61,700 nucleotides of DNA from Methanobacteriota archaeon (GTDB lineage: Archaea; Thermoplasmatota; Thermoplasmata; RBG-16-68-12). The translations under genes and the position numbers were made by a program. Below, piece by piece: positions 45,480-55,432 of this stretch. The first letter of the stretch is position 1. The number at the start of each line of letters is the position of its first letter. The DNA lies in contig JAIBJG010000013.1 of assembly GCA_020029475.1 (NCBI GenBank), forward strand, positions 1 to 61,700, given 5' to 3'. The notes under the pieces were generated by a model. The model was not told the DNA's origin. It was given only the letters and a program-made list of their open reading frames with translations, and did no database searches.

Positions 45480-46204
45480 CAGCCCTCCCCTCCCTCCGCG
45501 CGGGCCCGCTCGAGGGCCTCGACAGCCTCCGCGAAGTCGGGCCGCAGGTCGATCGCCTTCTCCAGGCAGATCACCGCCGGGTCCGGCTGTCCGGATTCCA
45601 GGAGCGCACGTCCCTTGAAGTACCAGGCGTCCGGGAGGTCCGGCCGTCGCCGGAGGGCGACGTTGTACACGTCGATCGACTCCTCGTATCGGCCGAGGGC
45701 GAAGAGAGAGGACGCCCGGTTGAACGCGGCGAGCGCGAACGCGGGGTCCGCCTCGAGGGCCTTGTTGTAGAGCTCCAGGGCCTCCTCGTGCTCCCCCTGG
45801 CGGGAGCGGAGGACCCCCTTGTCCATCAGCGCGACGGGGTGGCGGGGGTTCACCTTGAGGACTGTGTCGAAGCACTCGAGGGCCCGGTCCAGCCGGGCCA
45901 TGTGCATCAGCGCGATCCCCTTGTTGCACCACGCCTCGAGGTACGCGGGGCGGAGGCGGATCGCGCGGTTGTGGCACTTCAGGGCCTCCTCCGGCTTCCC
46001 GAGGGTCTCGAGGATGATCCCGCGGTTGTTCCACGCGGCCTCGTTGTCCGGGTCGATGTCGAGCGCCTTGTTGAACGCCTTCATCGCGGCCGCGAGCTCG
46101 CCGCGGCGGAGGAGGTGGTTCCCGCGGGCGACCTCCCTCCGGGCCCGCTGCGCCTTCGTGAGGCCAAAGGGTGCCCTAGCCAATCGCACGATTCGACCGA
46201 GCAT
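45479..46204 (-). CDS. TPR-repeat protein
   Basis: Six or seven 34-aa TPR units (AAAMKAFNKALDIDPDNEAAWNNRGIILETLGKPEEALKCHNRAIRLRP...). The stop overlaps the start of the 1111-aa gene (TGATG). The exact start is uncertain because the TATA-like box is only about 14 nt from the ATG. Confidence 0.85.
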   Translation of the reverse strand: MLGRIVRLARAPFGLTKAQRARREVARGNHLLRRGELAAAMKAFNKALDIDPDNEAAWNNRGIILETLGKPEEALKCHNRAIRLRPAYLEAWCNKGIALMHMARLDRALECFDTVLKVNPRHPVALMDKGVLRSRQGEHEEALELYNKALEADPAFALAAFNRASSLFALGRYEESIDVYNVALRRRPDLPDAWYFKGRALLESGQPDPAVICLEKAIDLRPDFAEAVEALERARAEGGEG

Positions 46205-46274
46205 TCGCGCTGACCAGCTTTATTAGGGCTTAAGCAAGTTCTCCCGCGATTATCGGGTCTGAAAGTGAAAACGT

Positions 46275-47333
46275 ATGGAGAGCGCACTCGTTCTTTGCGA
46301 AGGGGCCTTCGGTCGCACGCTGGGGAAGACCGCGAACGGGCTCGTCCGGTATTCGAAGCGGTACCGGATCCTCGGCGTCCTCGACAGCACGACGGCGGGC
46401 CGGGACGCGGGGGAGGTCCTGGACGGACGTCGGAACGGGATCCCGATCTTCGCGGGCCTGCGCGAGGCGCTCTCGCAGCTCCCCGAGAAGCCCGCCACGT
46501 TAATCGTCGGGGTCGCGACGTTCGGCGGGTACATCCCGAAGGAGTTCCGTCCCGTGATCCGCGAGGCGATCGAGGCGGGGCTGAACGTGGCGGCGGGGCT
46601 CCATGAATACCTCTCCGACGACGCCGAGTTCTCGGCCCTCGCCGCCCGCCACGGGGTCGCGCTGATCGACGTGCGGAAGCCGAGGCCCCTCCGGGAGCTC
46701 GCGCAGTTCAGCGACCTCTCCCGCCACCTCCCCTGCCTCCGCATCCCCGTCCTCGGCACGGACGGGGCGATCGGGAAGCGGACGACCGCGATCCTGCTGA
46801 CGGAAGCGCTCCGCGGGGCGGGGATTCCCGCCGAGTTCGTGGCGACGGGGCAGACGGGCCTCCTGCAGGGCGCCCGCTACGGCGTGCCGCTGGACTCGAT
46901 CAAGGGGGACTTCATGGTCGGGGAGCTCGAGCGGGAGGTCGTGCGGGCGTTCGAGGAGAACCGGCCCCGCGTCGTCGTGGTTGAGGGACAGGGTAGCATC
47001 TCCCACCCCGCGTACGTGGCGGGGACGCGGGCGATCATCATGGCGTCGATGCCGAGCGGGATCGTCCTGCAGCACGCGCCCGGCCGGAAGACGCGGAACT
47101 TCCGGAGGGACGTCGTGGCGTGGCCGATGCCCACGGTCGAAAAGGAGATTGCGATGCTCGAGATGTTCTCCGAATCGAAGGTGATCGCCCTCGCGTTGAA
47201 CCACGAGAACCTCACGCCGGAGGAGGTGCGGCGCACCGAGCAAGAGTATGAGGCCCGCTACGGGCTGCCGACGACGGACCCGCTCCTCGACGGGTGCGAG
47301 AAGCTCGTGATTAAAATTCGGTCGATGTTATGA
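46275..47333 (+). CDS. DUF1611-family P-loop protein (COG3367-like)
   Basis: GTDGAIGKRTT Walker-A-like loop, with overall length and pattern as I recall for DUF1611. The stop overlaps the next gene's start (ATGA). Confidence 0.7.
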   Translation: MESALVLCEGAFGRTLGKTANGLVRYSKRYRILGVLDSTTAGRDAGEVLDGRRNGIPIFAGLREALSQLPEKPATLIVGVATFGGYIPKEFRPVIREAIEAGLNVAAGLHEYLSDDAEFSALAARHGVALIDVRKPRPLRELAQFSDLSRHLPCLRIPVLGTDGAIGKRTTAILLTEALRGAGIPAEFVATGQTGLLQGARYGVPLDSIKGDFMVGELEREVVRAFEENRPRVVVVEGQGSISHPAYVAGTRAIIMASMPSGIVLQHAPGRKTRNFRRDVVAWPMPTVEKEIAMLEMFSESKVIALALNHENLTPEEVRRTEQEYEARYGLPTTDPLLDGCEKLVIKIRSML

Positions 47334-48097
47334 AAATACCCTCCTCCCATCCCAGGTACCGGTCCCTCGTGACCCGCGAGAGGCTCGTCCAGGCGTGGAA
47401 GGCCGGGATCGTCGTGCCGGAGGGGCTGATCGCCCACGGCCGGGGGGAGGCGTTCGACTATCTCCTCGGGGAGGAGACGAGCGCGCCCGCCCTCGTCGCG
47501 GAGAAGGCCGCGGCCGCGTTCCTCGTGCGCGCGGCGTCCCCCGTGATCTCCGTGAACGGGAACGTCGCCGCGCTGGCCGCGAAGGAGGTCGTGCGCCTCG
47601 CGGCGGCAATCCCCGCCAAGATCGAGGTGAACCTGTTCCACCGGACGCAGCCCCGCGTGCGCCGGATCGCACAGGTGCTCCGGAAGGCGGGAGCGAATAG
47701 GGTGCTCGGGCTCCGCCCGGACGCCCGGATCCCGGGCCTCGACTCGAAGCGGGCGCTCGCCCAGCGGGCCGGAATCTACGGCGCGGACGTAGTCCTCGTG
47801 CCCCTCGAGGACGGGGACCGCACGGAGGCCCTCGTCCGGATGGGGAAGGTCGTCATCGGCGTGGACCTGAACCCGCTCTCCCGGACTTCCCGCCACGCCA
47901 CGGTCCCGATCGTGGACGAGCTCACCCGCGCGATCCCGAACGTCGGGAAGTTCGTGCGGGAACTCCACAGAAACCCGAAGGAGGGCGCGCGGATCGTACG
48001 GACATGGAACAAGTCGGGGAACCTGCGCGCGTCGTACTCGTTCTTGAACTGGCGGCTCCGGACCCTCGCCCGGGGACCGCGGAAGCGCAGCCGGTGA
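47330..48097 (+). CDS. Archaeal phosphopantothenate synthetase (4-phosphopantoate--beta-alanine ligase, COG1701)
   Basis: HPRYRSL..., GLIAHGRGEAFDYLLGE, VISVNGNVAAL, VPLEDGDRTEALVRMGK and DLNPLSR blocks match the TK1686-type enzyme as I recall it. Confidence 0.85.
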   Translation: MKIPSSHPRYRSLVTRERLVQAWKAGIVVPEGLIAHGRGEAFDYLLGEETSAPALVAEKAAAAFLVRAASPVISVNGNVAALAAKEVVRLAAAIPAKIEVNLFHRTQPRVRRIAQVLRKAGANRVLGLRPDARIPGLDSKRALAQRAGIYGADVVLVPLEDGDRTEALVRMGKVVIGVDLNPLSRTSRHATVPIVDELTRAIPNVGKFVRELHRNPKEGARIVRTWNKSGNLRASYSFLNWRLRTLARGPRKRSR

Positions 48098-48103
48098 GCG
48101 GCC

Positions 48104-48634
48104 TCACTTGAAGTGGGCGGACTTCCACTTGATCGAGCAGCCCATCGGGGGCGCGAACGTGACCGGCGGCTCCTTCCCCGCCACGAGCGCGTCGAGGACC
48201 TCCCGCATGTGGCGGCGCTTCACGCCCTTCGGATCCTTCGAGTCGTCGAGACGGCCCCGGTACCGGAGCCGGCGGTTCCGGTCGAACACGAAGAAGTCCG
48301 GGGTGCAGACACCCCCGTACGCCTCCGCGACCTTCTGGCTCTCGTCCCTCAGGTACGGGAACGGGTATCCCTTCGCCTCCGCCCGCTCGACCATGTGCGG
48401 GAAGTCGTCCTCCGGATACCCCTCTGTCTCGTTCGGGTTGATCGCGACGAACTGGACGCCCTTCGCGGCGTACTCCTTCTGGGTCGCAATCGTGCGGTCC
48501 TCCCACGCCTGGACGTACGGGCAGTGGTTGCACCAGAACGCGACGACGAGAATCGGCTTGTCCTTGAAGGAGACGAGGGAGTATGTGGAACCGTCCACGC
48601 CGGGGAGGGAGAAGTCCGGCGCCCGCTCGCCCAT
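48104..48634 (-). CDS. Thioredoxin-fold redoxin (AhpC/TSA or thiol-disulfide oxidoreductase family)
   Basis: APDFSLPGVDGSTYSLVSFKDKPILVVAFWCNHCPYV with a CxxC active site. Confidence 0.85.
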   Translation of the reverse strand: MGERAPDFSLPGVDGSTYSLVSFKDKPILVVAFWCNHCPYVQAWEDRTIATQKEYAAKGVQFVAINPNETEGYPEDDFPHMVERAEAKGYPFPYLRDESQKVAEAYGGVCTPDFFVFDRNRRLRYRGRLDDSKDPKGVKRRHMREVLDALVAGKEPPVTFAPPMGCSIKWKSAHFK

Positions 48635-48753
48635 CGGAAGCCCCTGGTACTGGGTCAGTTCCAGACGATCACCGAGGCGAATTAGGCGTCGGCGCCGATA
48701 AGGCTTTGCCCCATGCGCGGAAGACTTTTCTCTAGAGGAACGATGGATGCATC

Positions 48754-49116
48754 GTGGGAAAGAGCGTCGCGGTGTTCTATCTCCCGCGGAGGGCGCAAGA
48801 GGAGATTCTAGGGGCCGCCATCGCGTTCGCCGGGGAGGAACGACTCCGCGTGGAAACGAACGGCCCGAATCACGTCCACCTCTCGAGGGGGAGCATCTGG
48901 TGGACGGGGAAGCGGGTCGTCACGGTCGTGGCGTGGAACGTCCCCGGCGGAGCGAACGTCCACGTCGAGGTGTGGGTAGTGGAGGGGCTCGTCACGCTGA
49001 ACGCGGACCCGAATGTGTTCTTCGGGTTCGTACCCCGCCGGGCCGCGTGGCGGACCGTCTCCGCGTTTGTCTCGCGGCTCGGCGTCCCCCCGGAATCCGT
49101 GTTCGTCCACTACTGA
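48754..49116 (+). CDS. Hypothetical protein
   Basis: 120-aa ORF (GTG start) with natural, beta-rich composition. No family recognised. Confidence 0.45.
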   Translation: MGKSVAVFYLPRRAQEEILGAAIAFAGEERLRVETNGPNHVHLSRGSIWWTGKRVVTVVAWNVPGGANVHVEVWVVEGLVTLNADPNVFFGFVPRRAAWRTVSAFVSRLGVPPESVFVHY

Positions 49117-49177
49117 GCGACCTCGTGACACACAACCTTTATCTGAGCACCGCGGAATGGGTCATTCCCGTGGGACG

Positions 49178-50770
49178 ATGAAATACGTCGTGGTCACGGG
49201 TGGTGTTCTCAGTGGCCTCGGGAAGGGCATCTCGACGTCGTCGATCGGCGTCCTCCTGAAGTCCCGCGGCGTCAAGGTCAGTCCGGTGAAGATCGACCCC
49301 TACCTGAACGTCGACGCGGGCACGATGAACCCGTACCAGCACGGGGAGGTGTTCGTCCTCGACGACGGCGCGGAGGCGGACCTCGACCTCGGGAACTACG
49401 AGCGGTTCCTCGACGTGAACCTCACGGGCGACCACAACATCACGACGGGGAAGGTGTACCGCACCGTCATCGAGAAGGAGCGGCGCGGGGACTACCTCGG
49501 GAAGACCGTCCAGATCATCCCGCACATCACGGACCAGATCAAGGGGATGATCAAGGCCGTCGGCGAGAAGGAGCGCGCGGACGTCGTCCTTATCGAGGTC
49601 GGCGGCACGGTGGGGGACATCGAGGGCATGCCGTTCGTCGAGGCCCTCCGGCAGGTCGCGCTTGAGGAGGGGAAGGAGAACGTCCTGTTCGTCCACACGA
49701 CCCTGGTCCCGATCATGGGGGCCGTCGGGGAACAGAAGACGAAGCCCACGCAGCAGAGCGTACGGGAGCTCCGGTCCATGGGGGTCCAGCCGAGCGTGAT
49801 CATCGCGCGCGGGGAGCGGAGCCTGGAGCCCGAGATCAAACAGAAGATTGCGTTCTTCTGCGACGTCCCCGTGGAAGGGGTGATCAGCGCCCCGGACGCG
49901 ACGACGATCTACGACGTCCCGCTGATCTTCGAGGGCCAGGGCCTCACCGACTACATCATGGACCGGCTCCACCTGCAGCCGAAGGGGGAGGACCTCCAGG
50001 AGTGGCGGGCGTACCTGGATCGGCTGAAGAACCCGAAGGGCGAGGTGACGATCGCGCTCGTGGGGAAGTACACGCATCTAAAGGACTCCTACATCAGCCA
50101 CATCGAGGCGTTCCACCACGCGTCCGCCGCGGCGGGCGTACAGGTGAACATCAAGTGGGTCGAATCGATGGACATCGAGAAGAAGGGTACCTCGGTGCTG
50201 GAGGGCGTCCAGGGGATCCTCGTCCCCGGAGGGTTCGGGGACCGCGGGATTGAGGGGAAGATCAAGGCGATCGAGTACGCCCGGGAGAACGAAATCCCGT
50301 TCCAGGGAGTGTGCCTTGGGTTCCAGCTCGCCACGGTGGAGTTCGCCCGCCATGTCCTCGGGTTCGACGACGCGAACAGCACGGAGTTCAACCCGAAGAC
50401 GAAGCACCCCGTGATCGACCTCCTCCCGGAGCAGCGGGGCGTGAAGTCGATGGGCGCGACGATGCGCCTCGGCGCCCATCTCGTCGACGTGGACGCGAAT
50501 TCGAAGACCGCGAAACTGTACGCCGGGGAGCCCGTGAAGGAGCGGCACCGCCACCGGTACGAGGTGCACCCGGACTACATTGCGAAGCTCGAGGGCGCGG
50601 GACTGAAGTACGTCGGCCGATCCGACGACGGCCGGCGGATGGAGATCCTCGAGCTGCGGGGCCACCCGTACTTCGTCGCGTCCCAGTTCCACCCGGAGCT
50701 GAAGTCCCGCCCGCTGCGGCCGTCGCCAATCCACCTGGGACTCGTGCGTGCGGCCGCGGGGTCGAAGTAG
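49178..50770 (+). CDS. pyrG: CTP synthase
   Basis: [18 protein letters not shown], synthase domain, and a GATase domain with GVCLGFQ and HRHRYEV. Start set at the ATG at 49178. Confidence 0.97.
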   Translation: MKYVVVTGGVLSGLGKGISTSSIGVLLKSRGVKVSPVKIDPYLNVDAGTMNPYQHGEVFVLDDGAEADLDLGNYERFLDVNLTGDHNITTGKVYRTVIEKERRGDYLGKTVQIIPHITDQIKGMIKAVGEKERADVVLIEVGGTVGDIEGMPFVEALRQVALEEGKENVLFVHTTLVPIMGAVGEQKTKPTQQSVRELRSMGVQPSVIIARGERSLEPEIKQKIAFFCDVPVEGVISAPDATTIYDVPLIFEGQGLTDYIMDRLHLQPKGEDLQEWRAYLDRLKNPKGEVTIALVGKYTHLKDSYISHIEAFHHASAAAGVQVNIKWVESMDIEKKGTSVLEGVQGILVPGGFGDRGIEGKIKAIEYARENEIPFQGVCLGFQLATVEFARHVLGFDDANSTEFNPKTKHPVIDLLPEQRGVKSMGATMRLGAHLVDVDANSKTAKLYAGEPVKERHRHRYEVHPDYIAKLEGAGLKYVGRSDDGRRMEILELRGHPYFVASQFHPELKSRPLRPSPIHLGLVRAAAGSK

Positions 50771-50825
50771 CCTCCCGCCCGGGGGCGGCAAAGCTCTATA
50801 CCCGATAGGGACTTGCTCGCGCCGC

Positions 50826-51443
50826 ATGGGCGGCGACTATGATCAGCTCCTGAAGCGCGCGAAGTCCGCGCTCCCCCAGGCCCTGTCCTCCGGCGAGCGG
50901 TTCCAGGTCCCGGAACCGGACGTCGTCACGGAGGGGAAGACGACGATCCTCCGGAACTTCCTGGAGATCACCCAGGCGATCCGGCGGGACCCGAACATGG
51001 TCCTCACGTACCTGCTCCGCGAGCTCGGGACCGCGGGCGCTCAGGACGGACCCCGGGTCGTGTTCAAGGGGAAGGTGACCGCCCAGCAGGTCGCGGACCG
51101 ACTCAAGGCGTACATCGACAGCTACGTGATCTGCTCGGAGTGCGGCCGGCCGGACACCCATCTCGTGAAGGAGGACCGCATCCAGATGCTGGAGTGTGAG
51201 GCGTGCGGCGCCCGGAGACCGGTGAAGGCGATCAAGAAGCCCGCCAAGGTGGAGGAGAAGGTCCTCGAGGAGGGGAAGGTGTACGAGGTGATGATCCAGG
51301 ACGTGGGGAAGAAGGGGGACGGGATCGCCCGCCGGGAGCCCTACATCATCTACATCCCGGGGACCGCGAAGGGCTCCGTCGTGAAGGTGTACATCGAGAA
51401 GATCGCCGGGACGGTCGCGTTCGGCAAGGTCCACCGGGAGTAG
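50826..51443 (+). CDS. eif2b: Translation initiation factor aIF2 beta subunit fused to a C-terminal TRAM-like domain
   Basis: eIF2-beta/eIF5 core with a C4 zinc ribbon (ICSECGRPDTHL...LECEACGA), then EGKVYEVMIQDVGKKGDGIARREPYIIYIPGTAKGSVVKVYIEKI (TRAM-like). Confidence 0.85.
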   Translation: MGGDYDQLLKRAKSALPQALSSGERFQVPEPDVVTEGKTTILRNFLEITQAIRRDPNMVLTYLLRELGTAGAQDGPRVVFKGKVTAQQVADRLKAYIDSYVICSECGRPDTHLVKEDRIQMLECEACGARRPVKAIKKPAKVEEKVLEEGKVYEVMIQDVGKKGDGIARREPYIIYIPGTAKGSVVKVYIEKIAGTVAFGKVHRE

Positions 51444-51446
51444 GGC

Positions 51447-52409
51447 ATGCGGAGGGACCTCGCCTCGATCGCGGCGATGGCGGGGATGCTCGTCGTCTCC
51501 CAGCTGATCGCGCTCCTCCTCGCGCCGATCTTCCTGGACCTGAACTTCCAGGCGTTCCCGGACGCGAGCAACCCCGTGAATCCCCTCCTGTACATCCTCC
51601 TGATCCTCGCGTTCACCGGGGTGATCCTCCTCCTCGTTCGGTACCGAAAGAGGAACCTCACGAAGTACGTGATCCTCGGGTCGATCTTCTTCACGATCGC
51701 GTTCGTGTTCGTCGTCCCTCTGTACCTCGCGACGTACTGGTGGATGGACCTCGAGCTCGCGGGGAACGTCTCGACGATAGGGGCATTCCTCCTTGCGATC
51801 CTGATCGTGTACGCACTGTACAAGTACCCGGAATGGTACCTCGTGGACACCGTCGGGATCGCAATCGCGGCGGGCGTCACCGCCGTCCTCGGGATCTCGT
51901 TCGCGATCCTCCCCGCGTTCCTCCTCCTCATCGGGCTCGCACTGTACGACGCGTGGGCCGTATACCGATCGAAGCACATGGTCACCCTCGCCGACGAGAT
52001 GACGAGCCAGAGGCTGCCGATCCTTCTCGTCGTCCCGAAGAAGGCGTCGTACTCGTACCTCGAGCAGAAGAGCCTCAAAGAGCAGATCGCGAAGGGGGAG
52101 GAACGGGAGGCGATGTTCATGGGGCTCGGGGACATCATCATCCCCGGCGTCCTCGTCGTCGCCGCGTCGATCTTCCTCCGGCCCCAGTTCGGGTACCCGG
52201 ACGTCACGGTGCTCGGGCTCCCGGGATATCTGTTCGTCGCGTTGATGACGATGGTCGGGACCCTAGTCGGGTTCTCGATCCTGATGCGGTTCGTGATGAA
52301 GGGGAACCCGCAAGCGGGCCTCCCGCTCCTGAACGGCGGCGCGATCGCGGGATACCTTGTGTCCTTCGCGATCGTGTTCGGCACCATGAAGGCGTTCGGG
52401 CTCGCCTGA
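51447..52409 (+). CDS. Presenilin/signal-peptide-peptidase-like intramembrane aspartyl protease (A22 family)
   Basis: Polytopic, with YD (LALYDAWAVY) and GxGD (FMGLGDIIIPG) catalytic motifs and a PAL-like GLPLL near the C-terminus. Confidence 0.8.
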   Translation: MRRDLASIAAMAGMLVVSQLIALLLAPIFLDLNFQAFPDASNPVNPLLYILLILAFTGVILLLVRYRKRNLTKYVILGSIFFTIAFVFVVPLYLATYWWMDLELAGNVSTIGAFLLAILIVYALYKYPEWYLVDTVGIAIAAGVTAVLGISFAILPAFLLLIGLALYDAWAVYRSKHMVTLADEMTSQRLPILLVVPKKASYSYLEQKSLKEQIAKGEEREAMFMGLGDIIIPGVLVVAASIFLRPQFGYPDVTVLGLPGYLFVALMTMVGTLVGFSILMRFVMKGNPQAGLPLLNGGAIAGYLVSFAIVFGTMKAFGLA

Positions 52410-52410
52410 G

Positions 52411-53049
52411 GTGGAGCGGGTGCGAATCTTGATGGCGACGGACCTCCACGGTTCCCGCCCCGCGCTGGACACGATCCGCGCCGCGATCCGGGAGCACGTC
52501 CCGGACCTCTTCGTCGCGGCCGGGGACATCACGCACTTCGGACGCCCGCCCTCGTACGCGGAGGACCTCCTCGGGCGGATGCCCGTCCAGACCCTGGCGG
52601 TCCCCGGGAACTGCGACCCGCCCGCGCTCCTCGAGGTCCTCGATCGGCTTGGGGTGAACCTCCACATGAAGAAGGTGAAGATCGCGGGCGAGACGCTCGT
52701 TGGACTAGGCGGGGCGAACCCGACCCCGTTCCGCACTCCGTTCGAGATCGAGGAGGACGAAATCTGGCGGGGCCTCGACGGGGTGATGGAGCCTCGGGCG
52801 ATCCTCGTCAGCCACCCGCCGCCGCATGGCCATCTCGATGTCGTGCCCGGTGCGGGCCATGTGGGGAGCCGATCCGTCGCGCGCATCGTCGAGAAGTATC
52901 GCCCGAAGGCGGTCCTCTGCGGTCACATCCACGAGGCGGCGGGGATCGTGGAGGGAGACGTCACGATGATGAATCCCGGGCCCGCGATGGACGGCCACCT
53001 CGGGCTCGTCGACATCGGAGACCGGGTCGTCGCCCGCATCCTCGGGTGA
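52411..53049 (+). CDS. Metallophosphoesterase (calcineurin-like)
   Basis: ILMATDLHG, AAGDITHFG, VPGNCD, SHPPPHG and CGHIHE motifs. GTG start 1 nt after the upstream stop. Confidence 0.85.
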   Translation: MERVRILMATDLHGSRPALDTIRAAIREHVPDLFVAAGDITHFGRPPSYAEDLLGRMPVQTLAVPGNCDPPALLEVLDRLGVNLHMKKVKIAGETLVGLGGANPTPFRTPFEIEEDEIWRGLDGVMEPRAILVSHPPPHGHLDVVPGAGHVGSRSVARIVEKYRPKAVLCGHIHEAAGIVEGDVTMMNPGPAMDGHLGLVDIGDRVVARILG

Positions 53050-53058
53050 GGACGCGGA

Positions 53059-53490
53059 CTATCGGGCCCGCATCCGGTTATTCTTCGGGTTGTGCTCGAC
53101 CTCGGCGAGGTTCAGCGCCTCCATCACCGGAGGCACGTACATCCCGAACCGGCCCCGGAGCCCCTTCTTCAGGCCATACCAGCCGCCGACGGGGTTCTCC
53201 GAGGATCTCCCCCAGGCCTCGACGGTCCCCTCTGCGGCGGGCTTCTGCTCGTCCGCGGACCCGAGGAGCATCCAGTCCCCGTGCGCCTTCAACATCGAGC
53301 GGAGGTCGTCGATCCACCGGAGGTGATACCGGAGCTCCGTCGATCCGGACTTCACGACGAGGGCGGGGGGATCGAGCGCTCCGTCGCGGAACGCCAAGAA
53401 CTCGGATGTCCCGCTCGGCGTCTTCAGTTTCCACGGATGCTCGCGCGTTCCCTCGCCCGACCCACTTCCGGACTTCCCTTTCGTCGCCAT
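53059..53490 (-). CDS. Conserved hypothetical protein
   Basis: HPWKLKTPSGTSEF...GDWMLLGSADEQKPAAEGTVEAWGRSSENPVGGWYGLKKGLRGRF looks like a widespread uncharacterised family. Start set at the ATG at 53490. Confidence 0.55.
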   Translation of the reverse strand: MATKGKSGSGSGEGTREHPWKLKTPSGTSEFLAFRDGALDPPALVVKSGSTELRYHLRWIDDLRSMLKAHGDWMLLGSADEQKPAAEGTVEAWGRSSENPVGGWYGLKKGLRGRFGMYVPPVMEALNLAEVEHNPKNNRMRAR

Positions 53491-53681
53491 GAACGTCCCC
53501 CGATTGCGTCGGTCACCCCGGCGCCCGGTGGCAACCTCCCGCACCCTATTTCAACGATTCGCCGCCTTCGGGTGGCGGTCTTCATGGAGGGAATTCGCCT
53601 CCCCGGAGGAACCGTCACATCCAACCACGAGCTAAACCTTTTATAGCGACCGCCACTTCGCACGGCCTCCCGAGGTCACGA

Positions 53682-54134
53682 ATGGCTCTATGGCAAGGCC
53701 GATCCCGCCGCAAGTCCACGGGCGGACGCTACCGGCCGTTCCGCAAGAAGCGGAAGTTCGAGATCGGAGTCGAGCAGCAGTACGCGTTCCTCGGTCCCCA
53801 GAAGGTGAAGCTGTACCGCACGCGGGGCCGGAACCAGAAGGTCCGGATCCTGAACGCGGAGTTCGCGAACGTGATCGACCCGAAGACCGGGAAGACGTCG
53901 AAGTCGAAGATCGTCACCGTGCGGGAGAACCCGAGCAACCCGCACTTCGTCACGCGGAACATCATCACCCGCGGTGCCGTGATCCTGACGGAGGCGGGGC
54001 TCGCGAAGGTCCGGAGCCGCCCGGGTCAGGACGGCGTCGTGAACGCCGTGCTCTTCGAGGGTGCGAAGGCAGAGGCGCCCGCCCCGCCGAAGGAGAGCCC
54101 GAAGCCCGCCCCGACTACTCCGCGGACCTCGTAA
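53682..54134 (+). CDS. rps8e: 30S ribosomal protein S8e
   Basis: WQGRSRRKSTGGRYRPFRKKRKFEIG N-terminus, with an A/P/K-rich C-terminal extension. Confidence 0.9.
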   Translation: MALWQGRSRRKSTGGRYRPFRKKRKFEIGVEQQYAFLGPQKVKLYRTRGRNQKVRILNAEFANVIDPKTGKTSKSKIVTVRENPSNPHFVTRNIITRGAVILTEAGLAKVRSRPGQDGVVNAVLFEGAKAEAPAPPKESPKPAPTTPRTS

Positions 54135-55428
54135 TCCCGATGTCGCGGGCCAGCGCGTACGGCGCGAACGTCGGAACGTACACCTCGCCCCACCACTGGA
54201 CCTGGTCCACGTTCTTGCTCAGGCCCTCGACGGACTTCCACACGTTGATCAGGTTGTCCGTGAGCCGGATGTCCTTCCACGTCCCGACGACCTCGCCGTT
54301 CTTGATCCGGAAGATCCCGTCCCGAGGGATCGTCGAGAAGTCCCCGGTCACGTAGCTCTGATACCGCGTGTACCAGGTGTTCGTGAGCCACAGCCCGTCC
54401 TTGCACTCCTCGAAGATCTCATCCCGGGTCCACGTGCCCGGCTTGCAGAACAGGGCGTGCGCGTCGGGGGAGATGAGGCCCGCGTTCCCCGTCGTCCTCG
54501 TCTTGAACTTCTTCGCGGTGGAGGTGTTGTGGAGGTACGTCTTCAGGATCCCCTTGTTCACGATCGCGTGCTTCTTCGTGGGCACGCCCTCCGCGTCGAA
54601 CCGCTTCCTCCCGATGGAATCCGCGGAGCCGTCGTCGATGATCGTGACCGCGTCCGAGGCGACCTTCTTCCCGAGCTTCTTCGCGTACGGCGAGAGGCCC
54701 GCCATCACGGTCCATGCGCCGGCCCGGCCCCCGACCTGGTCGATCAGGGAGCCGAAGATCAGCGGGTCGAACACGATATCGAACTTCCCCGCCTCCCCGC
54801 CCACGGGGTTTTTCGCGAGGGCGGCGATCTTCCCCGCCTTGTGTCCCGCCTTCTCGGGGTCGAACTGGCTCGCCTTCGTCGCGCACGCGACCCCGTGTCC
54901 GCTGGACTCGAGGGACATCAGGGCCCGGATCGACAGGTAGAGGCTCGCCCGCCGGTCCACGCCCCGGGCGCCGTTCGACGTCCGGAGGAAGTGCTCTTCG
55001 TCGTACTTCCAGAAGGACCCCGCGCACTCCTTCGCGCCCTCCTCGATCGCGGCGTTCACGGCGGCCTGCACGTGGTCGGAACCGTCCATGAGGTCCACGA
55101 TCTTCTTGTCCACGCTGGGCCGGTCGTACTTGAACGGGCCCTTCGCGATCCCCGCGTAGTCCGGGTTCTCCTGGGAGACCTTCGCGATCTTCACGAGGTT
55201 CTCGACCTGGGCCTCGATCCTCGTCATGTCCTTGATGTCCGAGGCGACGACCCGCTTCTTGTACACGATGAACACGGAGGCGGTCGTCTCCCGCCACCGG
55301 TTGCTGATCACGATCTGGTTCTGGGCGAACCGGATCTGGTACGAGCGGTTCACCGCGACGTCCGCGACGGCGTCCTGGCATCCGAGCGCGATCGCCTTGT
55401 CGACAATCCTCTCCGCGTAGTCCTCCAT
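54115..55428 (-). CDS. pmbA: TldD/PmbA family metalloprotease (PmbA-like)
   Basis: 437 aa, paired with the adjacent TldD-like gene. It has the typical C-terminal GxFxIxNGE block (GIFRIKNGEVVG). Confidence 0.85.
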   Translation of the reverse strand: MEDYAERIVDKAIALGCQDAVADVAVNRSYQIRFAQNQIVISNRWRETTASVFIVYKKRVVASDIKDMTRIEAQVENLVKIAKVSQENPDYAGIAKGPFKYDRPSVDKKIVDLMDGSDHVQAAVNAAIEEGAKECAGSFWKYDEEHFLRTSNGARGVDRRASLYLSIRALMSLESSGHGVACATKASQFDPEKAGHKAGKIAALAKNPVGGEAGKFDIVFDPLIFGSLIDQVGGRAGAWTVMAGLSPYAKKLGKKVASDAVTIIDDGSADSIGRKRFDAEGVPTKKHAIVNKGILKTYLHNTSTAKKFKTRTTGNAGLISPDAHALFCKPGTWTRDEIFEECKDGLWLTNTWYTRYQSYVTGDFSTIPRDGIFRIKNGEVVGTWKDIRLTDNLINVWKSVEGLSKNVDQVQWWGEVYVPTFAPYALARDIGITRSAE

Positions 55429-55432
55429 CCGA

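Noticed and set aside
45480-46034. N-terminal 185 aa of the 1296-aa ORF (42144..46034)
   Set aside because: This part overlaps the TPR gene in another frame and is P/R/G-rich. The coherent protein starts at the ATG at 45479, immediately after the TPR stop.
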